DNA of 64,000 nucleotides from positions 1,459,032 through 1,523,031 of the forward strand of contig MU004182.1 in assembly GCA_010093605.1 (NCBI GenBank), given 5' to 3'. The position numbers were made by a program, and so were the translations under genes. The notes below the pieces were generated by a model, which was given only the letters and a program-made list of their open reading frames with translations, searched no databases and was not told where the DNA came from. Shown here one piece after another: positions 10,637 to 24,211 of the stretch (position 1 is its first letter; each line of letters starts with the position of its first letter). The stretch is from Lophium mytilinum. Lineage: Eukaryota.

Positions 10637-13600
10637 ATGGGTGTCACCGGCCTTTGGACTGTGCTCCAGCCCTGCGCCCGTCCCATCAAGATCGAAACCC
10701 TGAACAAGAAGCGCCTGGCCGTTGACGCCTCCATCTGGATCTACCAGTTCCTCAAAGCCGTGCGCGACAAAGAGGGAAATGCCCTGCGCAACAGTCACAT
10801 TGTTGGCTTCTTCCGCCGAATATGCAAACTGCTGTTCTTCGGCATCAAGCCCGTCTTCGTCTTCGATGGCGGCACTCCCACGCTCAAGCGGCAGACCATC
10901 AATAACCGGAAGCAGAGACGGGAGGGCAGAAGGGAAGACGCTGTGAGGACTGCGTCGAAGCTGCTGGCTCTTCAGATACAGAGGCTTGCCGAGGACGAGG
11001 ACAAGAAGAGGAAGGATGCGCGCGACCATCCACAAGAGGACGAGGAAAAGCTTCCTGATGATCTCGTATACGTCGAGGAATTAGAGATGACGCCTGAGCA
11101 GCGCCAGAAGAACCGGAAGTTCAAGAAGAAGGACCAATACCACCTCCCCGAACTCGATGTCTCCCTCGCGGAAATGGGCGGACCGAATGATCCCAGGATC
11201 ATGTCGCTGGAAGAGTTGGAACATTATGCGCGGCAGTTCGATACCGGCGAAGACATCAATGTCTATGACTTCTCGAAAATCGATTTCGACAGCCCCTTCT
11301 TCGTTAGTCTGCCCGCCGCAGACCGGTACAATATATTGAATGCTGCAAGGTTGAGGAGTCGGCTTAGGATGGGATACTCGAAAGAGCAGTTGGACACTAT
11401 GTTTCCTGATCGAATGGCATTCTCGAAATTTCAAATCGATCGTGTGACGGAGCGCAACGATCTCACGCAACGCTTAATGAACATCAACGGCATGGCAGAC
11501 GATTCGATGTTTGGGGTCAACAGTGCAAATAGGGTTGCTGGAGAGAAGGGTCGGGAATACGTGCTTGTCAAAAATGATGGCGTTGAAGGTGGATGGGCAT
11601 TGGGGGTCGTCACAAATAAGGACGAGGGAGTCAGGAACAAGCCTATTGATGTAGACAGAATACCGGAATCCATCGATGTGGACGATGACGACTGGGAGTC
11701 CGAGGAAGAATTCGAGGATGTTCCTATCGCAGGTCTCAATCGGTTACCCAAACAGAATCGTATCCGTCCCGTATCAGAGCAAATGGAGAATGCTGTTCCA
11801 CGCCGGCGATATTCTCCTGGTTCACAGGATGCTTCCAAACGCCGCAGGCGTAAGCCTGCTGCAAAGGACTCGTTGTTTGTTGCCGAGGACGTCGAAGACG
11901 AGGAATGGGAAGAAGTTGATATTGGTCAAGGTGTTGACGACCTGTTTGAAGAAGCTCCTAGCGAAAATGATGACGAGGAGCTTCAGCTTGCAATCGCAAT
12001 GTCCCTTGGCCAAGATGAACCACAAGAGACAAACCCGGAGAGGGATGAAGAGGATGACTACCTCGAGGTTTTCCAGCAGCAACGCGTGGAGGAGACTAAG
12101 CCATTTTCTAGAGGCTCAGGGCTTGCGATTGCGCGTACTGCCAATATGCGTAGCAGTAAACTAGCCCCGAGAGGTGCGGCGAGCGAAAGTGACGATGACG
12201 GAATTGATTTTCAAGCTGCCCTCGCAGAGTCAAGGAAGTCCAAACGACCGCCCGCCGCTACGAATCAACAGGCTAAGAGAGACACCCTGGCACCTCCTTC
12301 AGTAACACAGTCAAGTCAAAGCAGTAAAGCGCCTGGTTTCGATGGCCCACTTCCTTTTGAGAAGCTTAATCTTGGTAGCTCTCTTCTAGGGAAGAAGAAG
12401 ATGAAAAAGCTGGAAGAAGCTAACGCAGGCGGATTTGAGAAGGAGCTGGAAGAAAAAGACAAACCTGAGCCTCTTCCGCCATGGTTTTCTGGAGATCTAC
12501 AAGAAGACATGGCCGCCCAGAAAGAGATAGAAAAGGAAGAGCGGCAACGAGACCAAAAGGCTCTGGAAGAAGAGTTCCAATTCCAGCAGCCGCCGAGGTT
12601 GCGGAAACACGATACGCTTGAGGTGATTGATCTGGAAGACTCGCAATCAAAGAGCCAGCAAGTCTTTGTAGTTGATTCTTCTGATGATGAGAAAGAGGAA
12701 GATATCGAGATGGAAGATGTGGTTATCCACGACCCTCCAATCAGCATGGGCGATCTGGCTGAGAAAGCGAGGGTATATCCACCTCCACCATTGCCTGCAG
12801 GGAAAGAATTTCCTAGGCAGCAAGCCTCCTTGCCCACAGAGTCTGCCAACGAAGACCAGAAGTCGGAGGATGAGGCCATAGACTGGTCCGAAAGCGAGGG
12901 AGAGGGGAGTGGTAACATTGAAAATGGCCTTGCTTCAACCACACTCAAATCCCCGAAACCTGCAGCACAACCATCAAAATCTCCGTCCCCTGAGTTTGAA
13001 GATGTGACAATTGATGGCGCACCAGCTCCGTTTGATCCCGGAGAACCCTCGTTCGCCGCGATTGAAGAATCGATTTCTACCGCAATTCCTCTTTCTGGCC
13101 TTGCAGACGACAACGCCCCTTTGGAAATCCCCGACGACGACGACTCAAGCGTCTACTCTGACCCCGAAGACGCCGAACTCTTCGCCTCCCTCGCCCAAGA
13201 AGCCGAAGAACACGCTCGTTTCGCCTCCACCCTCAATAGCACCGCTGCCCCGATAAACTTCGACCAAGAACTCAAACAGCTCCGCTCCCAGCAAAAGAAA
13301 GACCGCCGCGACGCCGACGAAGTAACCCAAACCATGGTAGCCGAATGCCAGCACCTCCTTACCCTCTTCGGCCTCCCCTACATTACCGCGCCCATGGAAG
13401 CAGAAGCGCAATGCGCCGAGCTCGTCTCCCTCAGCCTCGTCGACGGCATCGTCACCGACGACAGCGACACCTTCCTCTTCGGCGGCACGCGCGTATACAA
13501 GAACATGTTCAACGCCGCCAAATTCGTCGAATGCTACCTCCTCTCCGACCTAACCAACGAATTCGCCCTCACGCGCGACAAACTCATCGCCATCGCGCAG

Positions 13601-14419
13601 CTACTAGGCTCCGACTATACGACTGGCATCCAGGGCATCGGCCCCGTCACCGCCCTCGAGATCCTTAGCGAGTTCGACTCCCTCGAGAGCTTCAAGGAGT
13701 GGTGGTCCGGCGTCCAGACTGGCGTTATCTCGAAGGAGGCGGATAAGGGGAATCAGTGGCGTCGCCGCTTCCGCCGCACGAATACCGCGAAGCTGTTCTT
13801 GCCGCCTGGCTTTCCGGATCCTCGCGTCGCGGAGGCGTACTTCAAGCCCGCGGTTGACGATGATCCGCAGGCGTTCCAGTGGGGCGTCCCGGACCTTGAT
13901 GCTTTGCGCTCGTTTTTGTCGAGCCAGATTGGGTGGAGTGCGGAGCGGACAGATGAGGTGCTGGTGCCTGTGATAAGGGATATGAATCGGAGGGAGAAGG
14001 AGGGGACACAGGCGAATATTACGAGGTTCTTTGAGGGGAGTGTAGGGGCGGGTGCGTTTGCGCCTAGAGTGAGAGATGGGCCGGCTGGGAGGGGGAGGGG
14101 AAAGGGAGGTGCGGGGAAGAGATTAGGGAGGGCGTTGGGGAAGTTGGCTGAGAGGGGAGGGAAGGGTGTGAGTGAGACGGGCGATGTTGTTGGGAATGGT
14201 GCTGCTCAAGAGGATGTGGTTGCTGGAGAGGAACGAGGGAATGTTGATGGTCGGGCAAAAAGGAAGAAGGGTAAGGCGCCGTCACGGAATGGTGAAGCCG
14301 CATCAAGTGGGCAAGATAATGATGACGACTTGTATGCTGAGCCTCCAAAGAAGGCTCGCAAGAGTGCGAATGGAGGAGCAAGGGGGAGAGGGAGAGCTAA
14401 GGGAAAAGGAAAAGCGTGA
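10637..14419 (+). CDS. RAD2: XPG/Rad2 structure-specific endonuclease (nucleotide excision repair), intronless, 1260 aa
   Basis: N-domain MGVTGLW...LAVDASIW...VFVFDG. I-domain PYITAPMEAEAQCA...TDDSD...LLGSDY..GIGPV. UIM-like DDEELQLAIAMSL in the spacer; basic C-terminal tail. Confidence 0.97.
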   Translation: MGVTGLWTVLQPCARPIKIETLNKKRLAVDASIWIYQFLKAVRDKEGNALRNSHIVGFFRRICKLLFFGIKPVFVFDGGTPTLKRQTINNRKQRREGRREDAVRTASKLLALQIQRLAEDEDKKRKDARDHPQEDEEKLPDDLVYVEELEMTPEQRQKNRKFKKKDQYHLPELDVSLAEMGGPNDPRIMSLEELEHYARQFDTGEDINVYDFSKIDFDSPFFVSLPAADRYNILNAARLRSRLRMGYSKEQLDTMFPDRMAFSKFQIDRVTERNDLTQRLMNINGMADDSMFGVNSANRVAGEKGREYVLVKNDGVEGGWALGVVTNKDEGVRNKPIDVDRIPESIDVDDDDWESEEEFEDVPIAGLNRLPKQNRIRPVSEQMENAVPRRRYSPGSQDASKRRRRKPAAKDSLFVAEDVEDEEWEEVDIGQGVDDLFEEAPSENDDEELQLAIAMSLGQDEPQETNPERDEEDDYLEVFQQQRVEETKPFSRGSGLAIARTANMRSSKLAPRGAASESDDDGIDFQAALAESRKSKRPPAATNQQAKRDTLAPPSVTQSSQSSKAPGFDGPLPFEKLNLGSSLLGKKKMKKLEEANAGGFEKELEEKDKPEPLPPWFSGDLQEDMAAQKEIEKEERQRDQKALEEEFQFQQPPRLRKHDTLEVIDLEDSQSKSQQVFVVDSSDDEKEEDIEMEDVVIHDPPISMGDLAEKARVYPPPPLPAGKEFPRQQASLPTESANEDQKSEDEAIDWSESEGEGSGNIENGLASTTLKSPKPAAQPSKSPSPEFEDVTIDGAPAPFDPGEPSFAAIEESISTAIPLSGLADDNAPLEIPDDDDSSVYSDPEDAELFASLAQEAEEHARFASTLNSTAAPINFDQELKQLRSQQKKDRRDADEVTQTMVAECQHLLTLFGLPYITAPMEAEAQCAELVSLSLVDGIVTDDSDTFLFGGTRVYKNMFNAAKFVECYLLSDLTNEFALTRDKLIAIAQLLGSDYTTGIQGIGPVTALEILSEFDSLESFKEWWSGVQTGVISKEADKGNQWRRRFRRTNTAKLFLPPGFPDPRVAEAYFKPAVDDDPQAFQWGVPDLDALRSFLSSQIGWSAERTDEVLVPVIRDMNRREKEGTQANITRFFEGSVGAGAFAPRVRDGPAGRGRGKGGAGKRLGRALGKLAERGGKGVSETGDVVGNGAAQEDVVAGEERGNVDGRAKRKKGKAPSRNGEAASSGQDNDDDLYAEPPKKARKSANGGARGRGRAKGKGKA

Positions 14420-14768
14420 GGTTGTAAGTCTAGCGGATCACATAGATGCTATGGTCGTTAGAGTCTTTTCAAATACTTGCTTGGTGAATACTTCATAAGT
14501 AGGACTATCTATAATATCCAGTAATCATCTCCTGGAAGCGCACATCGCCTCATATATTGTGACCATGCAGGCTCTCGATGCTAGAGACCTCAAACCGACG
14601 GAGGTCAATGATATACATATCGAGTATGCGACATGGCCTAGTAAGGTCCAGCCATGCCATTGGGCAGCAAGGTAATCGGAATAGTCGATAATTGGAACTG
14701 ATCGAAAATGAACCAGGTGTGTCCGAAGTCGTAGAGAGGCTCTCTTACAGGGAGCCGAGCCATATAGC

Positions 14769-17700
14769 CTAGTTGCCCCTCTTCCTCTTCCGGCTCTCCG
14801 CAACTGGGCTATTGTCTTGTCTCCTCTTCCTCCGGCTCCTGCTAACACTACGCGTCCTAACGTTCGGGCTCTCGACTGGTCTCTTCCGCAACGACTTCCT
14901 CAGACTACGTCTGTTCTCGCTCTCGGTGCGCCTAGGCCGTAGCCTTGAGTCGCGTGGTCGACCCCTCGTATCGTCGTCCGAGTCAGCTTCAAACTCGCTC
15001 CTGGCGCTACTACTTTCTTCGTGACCCGCGACTGCGTCGGCTTCGAACTCGCCTCCATCGTCGTCTTCATCCTTGTCTTCATGCTCTTCATCTCCTTCGG
15101 ATCCTTCTTCAATGTCGCTGGTGTTTGGAATTTCGGAAACTCCTTCAAATTCCGGTGCTGGTACAGGCCTTTTGCCTATCTTGAATTTCCTACCCGGAGC
15201 CCTCACAGCTTCGCTCTCGGCTTCGTCATCGGAAACCGACCCATCGGACTCGCCCGCAAGTTGTTGAGGAAGCTCTTCTTCGATGTCCTTCTTACTGGAG
15301 GTGGTGGCGCTGAGCTTACGACGCTTGTGTGAACGTTTAGGAGATGTGATACGGCCCTGGGCCAGCTGCTTTAGCATTTTGGCTTCTCTCGCCGGTGCAG
15401 TCTGCGCTATTCTCTCCTCCTTTGTTTTTACGGGTTTCTCGGTATTCGTACTGGCCTTCGAGGAAGACTGACGATGCTTTGAGGTAGACCGACGCGGCTT
15501 GGAAGGACTCCGGCTATTGCTACCCTCAGCAATAAGTTTTGGGGGCAGCATTTTTGTCGGGGACTCTTTCGTGAATTTCTTCAAAGTGCTTGTTTTCTCC
15601 TTCTTCCTCTTGACCGTGACGAGCTGCTTGCGTTTCCCGTTAGGGCCCTGGCCCTTCTCCCAAAATCCTTTCGTAACATCCTTCGGGTAGCCGTAGTTGA
15701 AGAACAGCTCTTCACCGACCTTGAGATCACGCTCGGCGTACATGCCGATGCGGGTAACGCCGTTGCACAGCATGATGTTTGGTTTGCAGTTGATGATCCT
15801 GTCATCACACGAATTGTTGATGAACCGGAATTTGTTTCCCGCATGGGTGGAGTCGATTTCTTGCTCTATTGACGTACCGCGTTAGTCTATATATCTCTGT
15901 GTTGACTCAATAACACGTACCTTTGTTAAGAGTAAAGAGATAATTCGTCTTCAGGTGCTGGTAAATCGCACCACGTCGTTCCGCCTCTCCGCGCGTGATG
16001 ATCTCGCCTTTATATTCGCCCAGGTATTCACCTTTCTTGACCTTTTCACCGACATAGAGCCCAAAGCCTTGGACCTCGGAAAGCCCGAGTATGGTTCGCT
16101 TTGGTAAGTTGCGTTGGATGTGCATGTTTACGCACTTGTTCTCGGCGTCGTTGTATCGAAGGGCTGGATCAACCACTTCTCCCGCACCACAGGTGCCACA
16201 TAGATCTGCATCGCACTCTCGATTCAGCAGTCTACACTCGCATTTGGTATCTTTGTCCCCCTTTTCTTTCGCACAAACGCGGCGCTTGGGATCTTTGGCA
16301 CAGCTGCAGCCACGAAAGCGTCTCTTGCAGGCTGGGGAACATGCACACGTCTTTTCGCATGCAAGTTTCTCCCGGAAGCATCGACAATGTGCCTCTTCGC
16401 AACTACCTTCATGGCTGCAAGGATAAAACGGGCGGCGTTTGTGGAGCATATGTGTTTCCGTCTTGGTAAGCCAAAAGTTGACGTTGACTTTAGGAGGCTG
16501 AATAGCAACTCCATTGCCGTTCATTGCGATAGCCTCCCTATGCTTGCGGGGTGCGACACTGATAACCTTCTTGTAGTTGATGACATCAGATTCAGAATCC
16601 GATGACGACTCTAGAGCTCTGTCTTTCTTGCGTCTAACTGCGTTATCAAGTATAGAACTGTGAGAGCCTTCTCGACTGAGACGGGAGGTGGAGCTGTGTT
16701 CGTCGTCGTCTGAGTCAGCTTCTGAATTCGGCTCCTCTCTGATCTCTCCGTGATACGGGCAATTATGTCTGCATGCGTTAGTGTTGCTTTCTAATAATTG
16801 TAGTTGACTAAGCCTACAGTGTGCAGACTCTACATGCACGAGTGCGGTATGTAAGTTCTTTTGTTGAGTCTGTGGGAAACTGCTGGACAGGAGCAGACAG
16901 CACCGACTGTGCTGTATCACATTGCCGAGCAATATGCCATATGCTGAATTTACAGAGCTTGAGAAACGCCGTGCAGGCAAATGCAGCTAGCGTCAGTTGA
17001 GAAGCCGAAGGTTCAGGAAGACTCGACAGAACCATTATCCACTTCTTGCCGGTCCGGTCGAAGTCTTCCTCGCAATGGGGCGCTCGTTTCAGTAACAAAG
17101 ACATATCTGAAGTACTTCCTGGAGCTACCATCTTGCACGCTGGCTCAATCTCTGCAATGTCGCTTTCTGGAGCGAGCAGCCAGAACAGAATATGTGTCCA
17201 GTCAATGCCGATTTCCTTGAGAAACTCCTGGGTGTATGGGCGATGAAGTCTGCATTGTTCCACCTGTAGAAGTCTTCGAGGACGTTGCTCGTTTACCATG
17301 TCAAAGCGCTGCTCCAACTCGTCCCAGAGGCCTGATTTGCCCAGCTTTTCCTCGTTCTCTTCTTCGGCGAAGTATGGCCAGTAGAGAAGCTTCTTGTTAT
17401 TCTCAGCAAGTACGTTATCCCTGAGACTGACAAAGTCGGTATACGGCGGAACGTTGACTGCGCTGGATTGGAATGGAGTTACTGGTATGCTAAGGTAAGA
17501 CCTAAGTGGTTTGTGACTAAGGTTATCGCTATAGAACTCTTGAGTGACGTTAATCATCTCGTCGTTGCGTCCATAACTTGTGGCAGTAGGAATTTGTATG
17601 CCTTTCAAGTCGGCAAAAGGCGATTTCTGCTGGAGAAATGCCTTCGGGATTGTGGGGTACTCCGTACAAAATGGGTACGATGAGCTTGCGGGGTTGGATC

Positions 17701-19118
17701 GCACTTCGCGCTCGAAAATCGTCCGATTTCGTGCAATTTTCTAAAGGAAACGTTAAGTCAAGACTAGGGAGATGACTGTTGTAGACACCCACCTTAACCA
17801 CCATGCACTCATGATCCTCGTGGAGGTTAGCAATGTGGCTGGCCAGAACCTCTTCCACCCGCGCCATCGAGGGGCTTCCATCTTCTGTACTGTAATTCCT
17901 GTCCATATCAAGAGAAGGCGCTGATTGCGGAAAGTGTTAGCTGGTATGAAGAAATATTCGTAGCGAAGTTGGGTTGTTGATGGATGTGGAAATCCGAGTG
18001 GCTGGGGTTACCTCACCTTCTATTGAGCCGTTATTCACTGCAGCTAGCGCGCTACGCTGCTGCGTAGCCTCAACTGCACCATTTGGAGACTTATCCTTTC
18101 TTGGCAAGTTGAATGAGTGTTGAGCCGATTCTTGCTCCTTTCTCTTGTCTATGTTATCACGTTGTGCACTGATGTCGCGACTTCGCTGGGCATCCCCAAC
18201 TGGTCGCGTAGCCTGTCGAATTGGAACCACAGTTTTAGGTGAAGACACGAGTTCGTTTGAAGGCGTCTTCTCACTAGGCTTTGCAGCGACGTTTGTCTGA
18301 AGTGACGATGTGGATGCACCCATGCTTTCCTTCTTTGATCTGACGCTCTGGGCGTGCTTCATGCCTTCAGCAACATGTGCCCTGTTCCCATTGGCTTGCG
18401 TGGTCTGGTCATGATTGGGTCGATGTTTTGGGACTCCGGGAAGATTCGAGTTCGCGATCCTTGCTTCGCGGGAATCTGTCTCCGTGGTCTGTGTGCTATC
18501 GCCAATTTGGCCACTTCCCCCAGGACGTGCGCTGATTGGCGGGGCAGCAGATGTGTCTATGGAAGGAGAATCAAGTCTTGCGCTTGGTGAGCCAACAGGC
18601 TTCGCGGAGTCGCGTACGATATTCAAGCTGCTGTGTCGTGACGAATAGTCCTTGTTGGAGCGATGGCGGCTAGACTCACTTTCTCGCGCGTGAGTCGACT
18701 TCCTCCGATGTGACAAAGACTGCTGATGTTGGCTTGTGTTACTAAGCTTGGTCCTGCTCTGCAATGGAGTTGAGTCCCGCTTCTGTGCTGATGCGCCTGT
18801 GTAGGAGCCAGAAGGAGCTACGTTAGAGGCTGTCAGAAGGCTGTTGGCATGGGCATTGACGTTCTCCGGCTCCGTGGCTTCTTCTCTCCAATGACGGTGC
18901 GACGGGCGTCGAGACGGGCCTTGCTCTCTTTGATTACCTAGTCGTCGGTCGCTTGAGGTAGAACCTCTTTCCCGGCGCGTTACGGTCGCAGTTTGGGCGT
19001 TTGGAAAGGGCGCAACAAAGTGTCGTCGCGCGGTAGGTCTTGCCGCGGGCTCGTCATCCGAAGAGCAGAGAGTGATAACTTCGGGGCCATCCCCAGTCAG
19101 GTCAATGACTTGGGCCAT
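14769..19118 (-). CDS. KMT6: H3K27 methyltransferase, PRC2 catalytic subunit (EZH2/KMT6/SET-7), multi-exon
   Basis: CRVCTL|HNCPYHG, Cys-rich CXC region (PCSHEGSC...CEKTCAC...CRLLNRECDADLCGTC), SET motifs GFGLY, GEYKGEII, YLFTLN, GNKFRFINNS and GEELFFNYGY. Likely start MAQVIDLT at 19118; 5' exon boundaries are less certain. Confidence 0.9.
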
Positions 19119-20238
19119 GTGCAGCAACCTCCTGTTGCTGGTGCCCACATCAAGCGCCAAAGTTACAGTACCTGCGACTTCAAAAATGTGGAAAGGCGCG
19201 CATGCGATCGAAGCTCTGAGGGAGGTGAAGCTGTAGCGGTGGTTTCGCGACGATGCGTTAGACTTGGCCCTAGGACTGAAAAGCTATTGCTAAAGACAGT
19301 GAGAAGTTCACTCCGGAGAAGGAAAAAGTTTGGAGGTGATGCAGGCGGTCGCGGTATGCAGCATGAGTGAGGTTGAGGTATTGTACGCGATCCGACAGCG
19401 CGGGCTCATGTGAGCTTAAGCGCTTTTGCTGTCCATTTGGCCAATCACAGCAAGCATCGCCAGTCATTCACATATGAGTTTCAATTGGACAGAATATTGT
19501 CATTTTGCAGACTATATACGGACGTCCTCCACATCAACACGGGACGGATACTTCTAGAGTAACAAAGCGCCCCGGCTCAAGCGCGTAGTTGCGGAACTAG
19601 ACGACCGCTCAAACCACAAACAACCACAAATAAAGCAAGGTACGGATGCATACAGTCTTCTCATCCGTCGGGACTGCATGAAATTCTGCCCTTATTGGCA
19701 CCGCTGCAGACAGTTGTCTGTGCCGGGACCGGTTCGTCGAAGATAGGAAGACCAAACGGAAGGTTAAGAGGGTAAGTATAACAGGGAACTCGTCCGCAAG
19801 GTGGAGAGCGCGCTAAATTAATTACACTTTCGGATTATGGAATGAGTGAGTACTTTCACCGTGGGAGTCTAACAGAGGGTCCAAGGTTCCAAGGTTCCTA
19901 TGTAGGCCTCCCTTGAACATAAAGTGGTAGTTCACTCCCGTCTGAGGTGGCCGAGACCTTATAAGCTTCCCTAAGTTATCGATTGGTAGGTTTTGACAAC
20001 ACAATGGGGCATCTCACACAGTGATATGCAATTGTACACAGTCCTAGAGGGAGTCTGCATCTTAAGTAAAGCGAATGTTCAATGTATACCCACACACTCG
20101 TGGACTGCCACTTTATGTGCCAGGAAGTTGCTGCTGGTTCACGTGACTGTCCGTGCACGACGCTTGTTTACATCCATTTTCAACAACACCATGCGCTTCC
20201 ACGGTCCCTCACCCCACTGCAGCCACCCACCACCCACA

Positions 20239-23200
20239 ATGGCGACCGAAACCGACAAGGAGAACATCGCGGCGGGCCTCACTGCCGCGACGTCCTTCAA
20301 GCCAACTCCATCTTTATCACCGAAGAAACCCGCCAAGAAGACGCGCAGCAAGAGCATCGGACCGGGCGGGCTGGGAGCTCCAGAAGAGCCTCTGAAAGAG
20401 AACTCAGGAAACAGGCGCAAAGTATGTTCATGTTGTTGAATGTCTATTTGTTTGCGTCGTGCTAATTGCCCTACAGTCTGCCTTCATACCAGCAGTCAAA
20501 TCGATTCTAGCTTCCAACGATGAGGACGAGAAGAAGCGGCGGGAGGCGCGTCGCAAATCCCTCGGTATGTTCGCAATCTTAAAGATCATTGCTGGGCCTG
20601 TGCTAACGTAGATGCTTTAGCACGACGACGCGTTTCGTTTGCGCCCGAAGCCACCCTACACACCTGGGACGTGATCGAATACATGCGCGATGCCACCACA
20701 TCCTCATCTGCGTCTTCCGATGCGACTAGGCGGGCCTCCTCGGTATCTCAAGCCTCGAGTGCCCAATCTCCACAATCCAATGCTGCATCTCCAGGCCCGC
20801 TGTCAGATCCAGCGGAGCCACCTTCAACGCCACCGGAGCAGATCGAAGAGCCAGTGCCTGGATCGTCCCCTGCAAAGCAACGAGACTTGCATCAGAAGAA
20901 GCGTCGCCGCCGAAGCTCCGGAATTCCTCCAATGAACTTCAATAATCCAGACGACGCGTTTTCTTCCAGCCCCTTCAGTGGGAATGGTAGCTCTCCGACC
21001 GGAAGCGTGGAAATGGACGGCTCTTCTGACGAGGACATGGACGATACAATGATGAGCTTGGATGTGGGAGACATGACAGGGCGGAGCATTGGGTCCAGCA
21101 ACAGTGATTCTACAGGGACAAGCGCCAGGCTTGAGGAAGCCCTCCAACGCGCAGCAGCGCAAGCTGGAACTCGTGGTATCGAATTTGACGAAAATGGAGA
21201 CATTTCGATGGAAATTGCGGACGAGGAAGTCACTGCGGCATTTAAACCCTGGGCAAAGCGAACCGCTGGTGCACCAAATCTATCACGGACCCTCTCCTCC
21301 GCAGAAGATCAAGAGAACTTTGATCCATTCTCTCCAGCAGTCAGTTCAAAGCCCAAGCCTAGCTTTTCCGCTAGATTCGAAGAACCAGCAAGCGATGGTG
21401 AAGACATGAGTATGGACATAACTCGAGCTGTCGGCAAGATCATTCTCCCGCGACCACAGGATCCTACTTTAGACGATGTATCCATGGACCTGACAATGGC
21501 TCTGGGAAAAATTCAGCAACCCCAAATTAATACGCGTCAAGACGCCAGCAAAAGCCTCAAGCGCCGGCGCTCCTCCATGGCCGGAACAAACCAAGGTAGC
21601 CCAGCCAAGCGGCAATCCAGTCGTCGAAGTAGTCTAAGAAGGAAGGGTTCGCCTGCGGAGGAGTCATCATTCGGAGACGAAACAATGGATCTCACCATGG
21701 CAATCGGCGGCATTCAAAGTGAAGCCCCACAAGATGACGCTGATCGCCGCAGCAGCATTGACTTATCCTTTGGGGAAGAGACGATGGATTTCACGATGGT
21801 ACTTGGAGGGATAAAAGGGACAACGAACGCGGCCGACCTCCATGCAGAGGATGAAGATCAGGACGAGAACGAGGATCTATCTATGGAGTTCACCACCGTC
21901 CTTGGTGGTATTAGGGGACCTGCGACCCAGCAAACTACTCCCCTCAGGACCCTCATTGGGAAGGCTTCAACGCCTCAGGAAGAACCAAGCGCTTCCCCCA
22001 AGAAGTCTCCGGCACGCTCAAAGATTTCCGACCTTCAGAGCTCGAACACCTCTCCTACGCCCAAGAGGGTCGGACGAATCACTCCACAGAAGTCGCCTCG
22101 GCGGACTACAAGGAATAGTACTCCTGGTACCCCTGCTATATCTACTCCACAAGACAAATCAGTACCTGAGCTAGAGGCGTCTCCTTTCGCACGTAGGCCA
22201 AAGTTGCGAGATGAAACCATCACTACACCGAAAGGCAAGGCAAGTCAAAATGACCTAGATGATCCAATAAACGCTCCGATCCTCAACCGTCGCCTATCCG
22301 CAACACCAACTGTACACTTTAGTCCAATACCTCCTATTCGGGACGACCCCATTGTTAAAAACACTGCCGCTCTCTCGAACTCCATAAGGCTGCTTTCTAC
22401 ACCAAGGAAGCAAACACTAGCATCACCTACCAAGCGAGGAGCTACCCCAAAGACAACAACGACGCCCAAAAAGACGCCGACGCCAAAGAAAGCACCTGCA
22501 TTTCGAAAAAGCCAAAGTCCAAAGAAGCGCGTTGGGTTTGGTGAGACCTCTCCTGCTAAAGATGGCGAAGCGGAGCCAACAGAGAATGTAGAGGACGAAG
22601 ATGATATGGACCGCATTCCGCTACAAGAGTTCCTGGATATGACAAACATTCGCTTTATGGATTTGACTACCACGAAGCGTCGACACACTGCTGTTCCTGC
22701 TTCGTTTCATAGCAAGGGCTTGGGAGGATTTGAAGACATAGACGAAAAAGAGGAGACTTTGGAAAACTATGTCGCTGCGGCAGCATGTACAGTTCCGGAG
22801 TACGAGATGTATCAACACGTAAGTTTTCCTTTACTCCTGTGTATGCTATGCTAATCAATCCTCAGGCGTGTCACGAGTTGAAACGCTACATTTCAGGTGG
22901 CCGCGATATTGTTCGCCAAATTGAGGCTGACGTTCAAGAAGAAAACCCGGCGTTGTTCAATGAATATATGTCAGCTCCTCCGGATCAGCGCATTGTTATG
23001 GACAACCAGTTCAAGAACATGAAGACATATGCTCGCCTTCAAAGCAAAGAGATATGGTACGGTTGGCGGAGCACCTTGCTTCGGGACTTGAAGGCTGCGC
23101 TTCTCAAGACCGCGAGCGATTTCAACCGAGACGATGCACTTCTGAGGAAGCAGGAGGGCCTACTCGATACATCGCTACCCGAACTTGCTTCAAAGCATGC

Positions 23201-24211
23201 CAACTTGGAGATCGAGTGTAAACAACTCCAGCAACGCCAGGACGAACTTACCAGCTGCGATCGTGAGGAGCTCGAAGCAGCACGCGAGCAACTCGTTGCA
23301 TTCGAGGATGACATCGAGCAGAAGAGACGTCTTGTAGCATCTTTGAAGCAAGACTTGGTTGAGAAGGAATCTCGTATCGAAGCTGCGAAAGCCCGGAAGA
23401 TGGAATGTGCAGAGGAAATCAAAGCCGCCGATCGTGTAAGAGAGGAATGCCGCGGATGGTCCGCGTCTGAGGTGAACGCATTGAAAGGTAAGAGACTACA
23501 CTCATCATTGCACAGCCTATATAACTGACGATTTGTATAGCGAAAGTCACAGCTCTTGAGGAAGCTCATGGATGGAGCATCACGTCCGCTTCTTCCAGCC
23601 CTTCGACCATCACAATGACGCATCTCAATGATCTAGAGCTCTATTTCTATCCAGAGTCCTTTGCAACTGGCAAGAATACGCCGAACGGCTCCATATCGCT
23701 GAGTTACGTGGGCGACTCGGCAACACCACACCCGAGGCCGATGACGACAAGCAAGCGCTTCTTCCTCCAACTTCTTCGGGCACACCTTCAATGCCTTCCG
23801 CAGTCCGAGACACGCATTCCCGATCTTTTGAAGGTTATCAAAAACGGCTGGGCCACCGCTCGAGCTGTCGCCGAGGGTGTCCAATGTCTCTCGCACACCT
23901 ACATCACGGAAGAGTCAATTCTCTCAGACGAGCGCATTGCCATCCGCTCAGCCATGCTTCTTCCAACTCTCCAAACCAAAGTCAAGGTCACCTTCGAGGT
24001 CGGCGTTGGCATTGGGAATGATGGGGTTGAAACAAGCGTCAGCACAAAGGCGGAGGTCGTCTACGGGGAGAAGTACAAAGAAGACAAGATGAGGGAGTTC
24101 CTGAGCCAGTATGTTGGGGATAGCGTGAAAGCGGAGGAGGAGATGAAGGTTTGGGCAGATGCCGTGCTGGACCTAGCAAATAGGCTGAGATCGAGGGGAC
24201 GGAAGGGGTAA
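20239..24211 (+). CDS. SPC105: Kinetochore protein Spc105/Spc7/KNL1
   Basis: PP1-binding KSIL and RRVSF motifs, MELT-like repeats (MDIT, MDLT x2, MDFT, MEFT), Spc7 domain LQEFLDMTNIRF...WYGWR and coiled coil. Introns 20422-20476, 20565-20620, 22819-22866 and 23489-23540. Confidence 0.93.
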
